Positions 57,949 to 64,000 of a stretch of 64,000 bases of DNA are shown in pieces; the first letter of the stretch is position 1, and each line of letters starts with the position of its first letter. Location: IMG/VR virus record IMGVR_UViG_3300019742_000001; one strand, 5' to 3'. The translations under genes were made by a program, and so were the position numbers. This DNA comes from a virus. Its lineage: Duplodnaviria; Caudoviricetes. Below the pieces are notes generated by a model that saw nothing but the letters and a program-made list of their open reading frames with translations, searched no databases and had not been told where the DNA came from.

Positions 57949-58443
57949 TTAATAGTTACATCCACAGTCATTGTGGCAGTCGCACCATGTATTACCACCA
58001 CAATCAGTGTTACATAAACAGTTGGATCTTAACGAATCTATCTTTGTTCTTGCTTCTATAAGTTTACTTGCACTAATTGGTATACCAGATCTTGTATAAT
58101 ACGTCACATAACCAGAATATATTTGGTTGATTGATAGTTTAATTTGATCCATTGTGGCCGAACTCGGATGAGTCCCACCACCTTCATCACTACCACTTAC
58201 ATCAGTAAATGAAAATGAACCGATCCCTCTTCTCGCACGTTCATCATTTATCGATCCCGCCAATCTATCTATATTTTCATCATGACATTTTGACCCTGCT
58301 CCTGTTGGAAATATCGCACTAGAAGCGGTTGGTGTTACAGCAAACCCACCACCGTTATAGTTCCATACCTCATTCGGGGGCACATAGGCACTACATGTGT
58401 CTGTCGTGCATTGTGTTTGACAATAATCTAATGGTTGTGTCAT
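57949..58443 (-). CDS. Cys-rich protein; putative radical-SAM substrate and virion component
   Basis: N-terminal CQTQCTTDTC and C-terminal CLCNTDCGGNTWCDCHNDCGCNY; TAATG-coupled to the SPASM gene; SD AGGAGGT. Confidence 0.8.
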   Translation of the reverse strand: MTQPLDYCQTQCTTDTCSAYVPPNEVWNYNGGGFAVTPTASSAIFPTGAGSKCHDENIDRLAGSINDERARRGIGSFSFTDVSGSDEGGGTHPSSATMDQIKLSINQIYSGYVTYYTRSGIPISASKLIEARTKIDSLRSNCLCNTDCGGNTWCDCHNDCGCNY

Positions 58444-59582
58444 TACCTACCTCCTATAATATCTCTCAAAGAGATACTAACCTTACTGAATTCTCTATAC
58501 ATATCACAGAGTTTTGTCTGGCATGACAAATCATACCACCTTTCTATAAATGTTTCCTTGTCACTGTATTCATATTTAACCACGTTACACGTAACACAAT
58601 TAACAGCCATACAATTTTTACATTCTTCTGATTTTTCTGGTTCTATGAAGAAATAAAAATTATTTTTTATCTTGTCAACAATATCATCATCTGATATGTG
58701 ACCAAATTCAAAATTGGATGATTCGGGAGAATACCCACATCCATGACAATTCACCATTTTTCCATTAGTATTTATAGAAAACCCACATCTAAAAAAACTA
58801 CAAGTCTTTGGTTGTGTGGATTCAAACCATGTGAACAAAAAATATTTATGTTGTGAATAAAAATCAATTTCTTTTTTTGCTACATCAATGAACGATTTTT
58901 TAAATAAACCCATATCAATAACATCAGGCACATTAAAATAGTCAATAGTGATACTGTATCTCATATTATCACCTAAATCATCATTGATCTTTTTTATGTC
59001 ATCCCAACAATCAGACATATACTGGATGGTGTCATACGTCACTGTCGATTTTAATGATACTTTATATCCATTTTCGTGTAACTTATATATATTCTTTTTG
59101 ACCCTTTCTGACGTTGGTTTATTTCCGACGGTTAATCTCTTTATGTCATGTATACGAGCACCATCATATGACACTTGAATACTGATGCGGTCTTTAATTG
59201 GTTTAAATATATCAATCATTCCATCGACAACATATCCATTTGTGTATATATTAAAACTAATAAAGTCATTATTTTTATATTTATCGACAAACAGTTTCAA
59301 AATATCTGGTCGTAATGATGGTTCTCCACCCCAAAAACCAATACGAATACCACCAAAATTTTGTAAGAACCATTCATCATTCATCATTCTTTCGATTCCG
59401 TCAAATACATCATCAACACAATCTAAAGTAGTGGTTTTTGTACACTCATCACCTTCAAAACAATATTTGCACCTGAAATTACACTCATCAGTTAATGTGA
59501 TTTCAATATTATAATTACCTTTGGGTTTTATTTTATCACTCATGTATTTGATATCACTACCAAAATCGTCTATACTACCCAT
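58443..59582 (-). CDS. Radical SAM/SPASM maturase
   Basis: CNFRCKYC, FWGGEP, then C...CHG...CKNCMAVNCVTC...C. Confidence 0.93.
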   Translation of the reverse strand: MGSIDDFGSDIKYMSDKIKPKGNYNIEITLTDECNFRCKYCFEGDECTKTTTLDCVDDVFDGIERMMNDEWFLQNFGGIRIGFWGGEPSLRPDILKLFVDKYKNNDFISFNIYTNGYVVDGMIDIFKPIKDRISIQVSYDGARIHDIKRLTVGNKPTSERVKKNIYKLHENGYKVSLKSTVTYDTIQYMSDCWDDIKKINDDLGDNMRYSITIDYFNVPDVIDMGLFKKSFIDVAKKEIDFYSQHKYFLFTWFESTQPKTCSFFRCGFSINTNGKMVNCHGCGYSPESSNFEFGHISDDDIVDKIKNNFYFFIEPEKSEECKNCMAVNCVTCNVVKYEYSDKETFIERWYDLSCQTKLCDMYREFSKVSISLRDIIGGR

Positions 59583-59775
59583 CAGATAAAATCTCCTTCT
59601 TGATATCTTCTATTTCAGATTGTACATCATCGGGTAAATTAATTCGTTCAAGTAATTCCATAGATTTTGATGCCATATCCAATAAAATATTTGAGGATTC
59701 GAAGCTAATCTCTTTCATTGTTATCGAACATTCGTATAACTTAATTGTCATTTCATATATATCTTGTTTTGTCAT
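59575..59775 (-). CDS. Small hypothetical protein between the SPASM genes
   Basis: 66 aa, overlaps both neighbours. Confidence 0.7.
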   Translation of the reverse strand: MTKQDIYEMTIKLYECSITMKEISFESSNILLDMASKSMELLERINLPDDVQSEIEDIKKEILSDG

Positions 59776-60755
59776 TAGGATACTCCTTTGTTAAAATCCG
59801 TAAATATTTTGTGTATATAACAATGAATCCAAACAAAATCATCATTTAACTCATGGTTGAATTTTATCGTCTGTTCAAATATAAATTTCTGTATTTCACA
59901 TAATTTAGTGTCGATGCCATTCATCTTGACAAGTCTGTGACATCCCTTACCACAGAAGTTTGTATATTCACAGTCAATACATTCCTCGTACAAATGATCA
60001 TAATCTTCTGGTATAGTAAAATCACCATTTGTACATTTCATTGCACAAAACCCTTGTTGTCCGTTAGGCATAAGACATATATATTTTGAGTCAACACACT
60101 TTTGTTTAGGTGTTCCTTTTTTTATACCCTCATATAAGACAGATACATCCCTGATAATATTTGGTGGGATTTTTATTCTATTGGATTTGAATTCATCGAG
60201 AATAAATCTCATATAAGATTCATATTGTATTTTGAGTTCGTTTACACTCTCGTCTGTCCATCCACTTTTGGCAAATTTGATATCAGCGGTTACACCAAAG
60301 TCTTTATAAAATAGTTGGTGTTTTCCGATTATATCCAAATTATTAGGGGATGTTGTGACGGATACTTTATCACATAACTGTCGTATTAATCCAATTTTGT
60401 TCATATAAAGTGACAAATCATCAGATATTAGACCATCACATGACCAATGAAATTGAATATTATTATCAGATATGTAATCAACCATTTCTTGTGTAATCAA
60501 TAATCCATTTGAAAACAAGGAAAGTTCTTTAAACCGTGTGTCATTTTTTACAGTTTCGGTTATGAACTTAATGATATCAAAATTCAGTAATGGTTCTCCA
60601 CCAAAAAAATCTATGGAAAAATCTTGATTGGAAGGAAGACTTTCATAGAATTCCATAAAAGTCTCCCTTGTTAGGTATGTATTATTATTGTTCATGTAAC
60701 AATACGAACAGTTTAAGTTACACTTTTCGGTAACCACAATTTGCAATTTTATCAT
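59775..60755 (-). CDS. Radical SAM/SPASM maturase
   Basis: CNLNCSYC, FFGGEP, then C...CLMPNG...C...CIDCEYTNFCGKGC...C. Confidence 0.93.
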   Translation of the reverse strand: MIKLQIVVTEKCNLNCSYCYMNNNNTYLTRETFMEFYESLPSNQDFSIDFFGGEPLLNFDIIKFITETVKNDTRFKELSLFSNGLLITQEMVDYISDNNIQFHWSCDGLISDDLSLYMNKIGLIRQLCDKVSVTTSPNNLDIIGKHQLFYKDFGVTADIKFAKSGWTDESVNELKIQYESYMRFILDEFKSNRIKIPPNIIRDVSVLYEGIKKGTPKQKCVDSKYICLMPNGQQGFCAMKCTNGDFTIPEDYDHLYEECIDCEYTNFCGKGCHRLVKMNGIDTKLCEIQKFIFEQTIKFNHELNDDFVWIHCYIHKIFTDFNKGVS

Positions 60756-60770
60756 TATAACATCCTTTTT

Positions 60771-61958
60771 TTATTTAATGATACATGTTACCAGTTTCTC
60801 ACTGATTTGTAAATTATCTTCAAGAACTACAGCGAATTTCAAGAACCTATCATTTGAACTATTAATATCACCTTTACGGGCAACACCACCATCAACAGGT
60901 ACTAGAAAATCACCCTTGTCAACGACGCCAATGACCCTTACAGGGATCTTTCCTGTTAATGCGATAGGTAACCCATCTGAACCTGAATTCATCACGTAGG
61001 CGGGAGAATCAGAAACAACACCAATAACCCCGTTCATAAAATCACCTGTATATGGTTCAACTTCGTATTCTGAGTTTGGCATAACACCAACAACCGTTCC
61101 AACTGGTAGAGATTCATCACAATCATAAATCTCGGCAAGGTCAGCGTATAATGCAGATGTAGCAGTACCGTGTAGAACATTACAATATATATCAGAACTT
61201 GAATTTCTCTCCACAACTGTATTAGCTATGTTTGATGTGGTTGAATATATTGCTCTGGTTGATGGGGAATTAATGGACCAATTAGAAGATCTTACAAATC
61301 CGTTCCATGCCTCATTGGTTCGGTATAAAACTCTTGTTCCCAAACTATCATCAGTCAAAGAATACCAATCATCATAAGAAGTATTGTTTGCGGCAGTTGC
61401 GTTCTGAGTCGCTCTACGTACAAACATCTGATCAATTTCCACATCAGACCACCTATTAGACTCAGATACGTTTATAGCAGATGTTAGATCACCAGTTGTT
61501 GCTATAATCGCATTTGAATATCCACCACCATTCAATGTCCATAATGATGTAGAACCATTGTAAAACAATGATATATCATCATTATCACTTCCCGGATCAC
61601 CAGATTCTATTTTAATACCAACTTGTCTTGTTCCAATTGGATTGTTATCTGATAATTTCACCCAATCATCAGAAATTCGTAAGTGGTTGGAACCGTCACC
61701 AGAATATGTTGATGATATAAATGCATTTGATGTAGTTCCACCCAATGGATGATATGTAACATCCAAATCATCATATAATGTTTGAGGTAGTGGTTGACCT
61801 TCCATTACAAATCTAATAAATTTTGTATCTGTACCCAACAAAGTATAACCTGTGTTTGTATCAATCAAAAATCTTCTTTCGTCGGTTGAATTCCAAGTAG
61901 GGGATGCAAACTCCTCCATCAAATATTTTCCTTGCATATCTATACCATGAAACTTCAT
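60771..61958 (-). CDS. Tail-fibre-like protein with C-terminal intramolecular chaperone (peptidase G2-like) domain
   Basis: ATSALYADLAEIY...VIGVVS..PAYVMN...IALTGKIPVRV.G.V.KGD motif. Confidence 0.8.
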   Translation of the reverse strand: MKFHGIDMQGKYLMEEFASPTWNSTDERRFLIDTNTGYTLLGTDTKFIRFVMEGQPLPQTLYDDLDVTYHPLGGTTSNAFISSTYSGDGSNHLRISDDWVKLSDNNPIGTRQVGIKIESGDPGSDNDDISLFYNGSTSLWTLNGGGYSNAIIATTGDLTSAINVSESNRWSDVEIDQMFVRRATQNATAANNTSYDDWYSLTDDSLGTRVLYRTNEAWNGFVRSSNWSINSPSTRAIYSTTSNIANTVVERNSSSDIYCNVLHGTATSALYADLAEIYDCDESLPVGTVVGVMPNSEYEVEPYTGDFMNGVIGVVSDSPAYVMNSGSDGLPIALTGKIPVRVIGVVDKGDFLVPVDGGVARKGDINSSNDRFLKFAVVLEDNLQISEKLVTCIIK

Positions 61959-62003
61959 AATCCTTTCTCCTTTATTTTTTATTCCTTTCTATCTCTAATC
62001 TGT

Positions 62004-62037
62004 GTTCCCTTACCCAGAAAGGTTTGGGTAAGGGAAC
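62004..62037. terminator. Strong 13-bp stem-loop in the intergenic gap
   Basis: gttcccttaccca gaaaggtt tgggtaagggaac; no clear U-tail. Confidence 0.5.
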
Positions 62038-62075
62038 CTGAATTTAATCAGTCAGTCATTAGAGTGTAAATATAA

Positions 62076-63338
62076 TTAAACCAGTTTGTAAAGGTAAGCT
62101 TTTCCTCCATCTAATCCAGTAGCGTCATCCTCTTTCCATGAACCGATTACAGCGTAATCCCCGTCACATGCTACAGACCATGAAAACCAATCCTGTGTAC
62201 CAGTTCCATAAGGATTTGGGTTTATTATAGAGTGTAATAAATTACCGGTAACAATATCAAAAATATAAGCTGCTCCACTGTATGTCGAACCAGTTTCGGA
62301 TACTTCACCCGACGCACCAACTACAACATAAGTATCAGAACATGATATAGTACGACCAAAGGTATCACCCTCAGTTGTTCCTAAAGCATTTGGATCATCT
62401 AGTGTATGTAATAGTTCATATGTATTGACATCGAATATATAAGCAAGTCCACTATTCCATGCCAAAACAGCCACGTCATCTTCACCAGAAGCACCGACTG
62501 TTATATAGGATTCTGAACATGATACATCAGACCCAAACTTATTTTCCATCGATACGTTGGGGTCTGAGATCGTCTGTATCAACGAACCAGTTGCATTATT
62601 AAAAACATAAACACACCCAGCATTAGTTTGACCAAGATCTTCATTAGGATTACCTACTACAGTAATTGTCTCGTTACAGTCAACAAATTTACCAAACTGA
62701 TCACTTGACGCTACATCCGACGCATTAGGGTTGATAATGGAGTGTAGAAGTTGTCCTGTTACAACGTTGAAAATGTAGATCGCCCCACTTTCATTTCCAC
62801 CATCATCCTCGGCATAAGCTCCTACCACAGCGTGTGTTTCTGAACACGCCACAGATGAACCAAAGACATCCCCAGTAGGTACATTATAAGCATTAGGATT
62901 ATCTAATGTATGTAATAAGTTACCAGTTGCGTTATCAAAAATATACGCTTTACCTGAATTACCACCAGTATCTTCATCTTCCCACTCGGCACCAGCTATA
63001 GTATAAGTCACTGAACAATCCACACTATAACCAAAATGGTCATATGCATCAGTATTATATGCATTTGGATTTGATAGGGTGTGTAACAAAGAACCAGTTG
63101 AATTGTTGTATATATACACGACACCTGCATTAGTACCGTTAGCATTATCCTCTTGATATGCCCCAACCGCTGTGTATGATGGTGAACAACCCACAGCAAA
63201 TCCAAAATAATCCGTTTCAGTTGTCCCAAAGGAATTTGGATTATCTAGTGTAAATGTTGGTGAACTAAGGTCCACCGGCCCTGATGATGGTGTTGAGTTT
63301 AACTCATTGATCGACCTACGTAATTTGGTAGATAACAT
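62076..63338 (-). CDS. FG-GAP 7-bladed beta-propeller virion protein
   Basis: Seven DxFGxxV repeats; start moved to ATG 63338 (TAATG overlap). Confidence 0.87.
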   Translation of the reverse strand: MLSTKLRRSINELNSTPSSGPVDLSSPTFTLDNPNSFGTTETDYFGFAVGCSPSYTAVGAYQEDNANGTNAGVVYIYNNSTGSLLHTLSNPNAYNTDAYDHFGYSVDCSVTYTIAGAEWEDEDTGGNSGKAYIFDNATGNLLHTLDNPNAYNVPTGDVFGSSVACSETHAVVGAYAEDDGGNESGAIYIFNVVTGQLLHSIINPNASDVASSDQFGKFVDCNETITVVGNPNEDLGQTNAGCVYVFNNATGSLIQTISDPNVSMENKFGSDVSCSESYITVGASGEDDVAVLAWNSGLAYIFDVNTYELLHTLDDPNALGTTEGDTFGRTISCSDTYVVVGASGEVSETGSTYSGAAYIFDIVTGNLLHSIINPNPYGTGTQDWFSWSVACDGDYAVIGSWKEDDATGLDGGKAYLYKLV

Positions 63339-64000
63339 TACGATACACTCCCGACATATGCTCCATATAGTGTACCATTTATGTTCCACAAGTCAATAAA
63401 ATCTGATGATGTTAGTGTTGGTTCAACACCACCAACCCAAGATATTGTAGGCCATGTAACAGCATTAACATCACCATTATGTAGTAATAATACTATTGAT
63501 TGACCAGACACAAAAGATTCTGTGAAAGTGACATCACCACTTAAAGTTTTGATTTGGATTCCTCCATTATCGGCTGATATTTCATTACCAGATAAATCAT
63601 AAACTGTTTCTGTTACATTTCCTGTTACATTTCCTGTTACATTTCCTGTTACATTTCCTGTTACATTTCCTGTTACATCACCAGTTACATCACCAGTTAC
63701 ATCACCAGTGAATACAGCATCACTACCATCAGTACCGTTATCAAGAATTGTCACTAAACCATCTTGGGATAATACGTCTCCGGTTACATTACCAGTAAGA
63801 TCACCAGTAAATACTGCATCCGTTCCATCTATACCATTATCAAGAATTGTTACTAAACCATCTTGAGATAATACATCACCAGTTACGTCTCCTGTAAGAT
63901 TACCAGTTACGTCTCCTGTAAGATTACCAGTTACGTCTCCTGTAAGATTACCAGTTACGTCTCCTGTAAGATTACCAGTTACGTCTCCTGTAAGATTACC
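63338..64000 (-). CDS. Tail-fibre protein with GxVT/GxLT repeats, partial (continues past the right edge)
   Basis: Frame open to 64000: (GNLTGDVT)x5, two copies of VLSQDGLVTILDNG, then (GDVT/GNVT)n. Confidence 0.85.
   Translation of the reverse strand, partial: GNLTGDVTGNLTGDVTGNLTGDVTGNLTGDVTGNLTGDVTGDVLSQDGLVTILDNGIDGTDAVFTGDLTGNVTGDVLSQDGLVTILDNGTDGSDAVFTGDVTGDVTGDVTGNVTGNVTGNVTGNVTGNVTETVYDLSGNEISADNGGIQIKTLSGDVTFTESFVSGQSIVLLLHNGDVNAVTWPTISWVGGVEPTLTSSDFIDLWNINGTLYGAYVGSVS
63611..63709 (-). repeat. 12-bp tandem coding repeats (GNVT/GDVT)
   Basis: tgttacatttcc x5, then three (t/a)gttacatcacc units. Confidence 0.92.
63881..64000 (-). repeat. Perfect 24-bp tandem coding repeats (GNLTGDVT), at least 5 copies
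   Basis: agttacgtctcctgtaagattacc x5 up to the window edge. Confidence 0.95.

Noticed and set aside
65-61216. The many short + strand ORFs and nested short - strand ORFs in the track
   Set aside because: They overlap long, motif-bearing minus-strand genes and lack recognisable motifs; only 40600..40863 has promoter, SD and terminator support.
62063-62073. agtgtaaatat 11-mer identical to part of the 40473-40512 inverted-repeat arm
   Set aside because: A single AT-rich match without the partner arm is plausibly chance.

Overview
This AT-rich window is the virion-morphogenesis region of a large T4-like myophage. All convincing genes but one lie on the minus strand. In transcription order (right to left) it holds: tail-fibre-type genes (GxxT repeats, an FG-GAP propeller, a fibre with a chaperone-like C-terminus); a ~15 kb tightly packed enzyme cluster (7 radical-SAM proteins, a Cys-rich protein coupled to a SPASM enzyme, glycosyltransferases, two SDR epimerases, two deacetylases, a kinase, a two-gene transketolase, a U32 protein); head genes (gp20, 21, 22, 23); terS, PIN-PhoH and a terminase large subunit fractured by an atypically split intein around a GIY-YIG homing endonuclease; neck and tail genes (gp13, 14, 15, 3, 18, 19); a gp26-like chaperone with a probable -1 frameshift; the tape measure; baseplate genes (gp48/54, 53, hub, 5, PAAR, 25, 6, 7-like); and tandemly duplicated fibre/receptor-binding modules running off the left edge. 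T4-type late promoters (ATAAATA) recur in intergenic positions. The best candidates for an undescribed system are the radical-SAM/Cys-rich protein pair and the adjacent sugar-modification cluster, which may chemically modify the virion. All assignments come from motif recognition by eye; no database searches were run.
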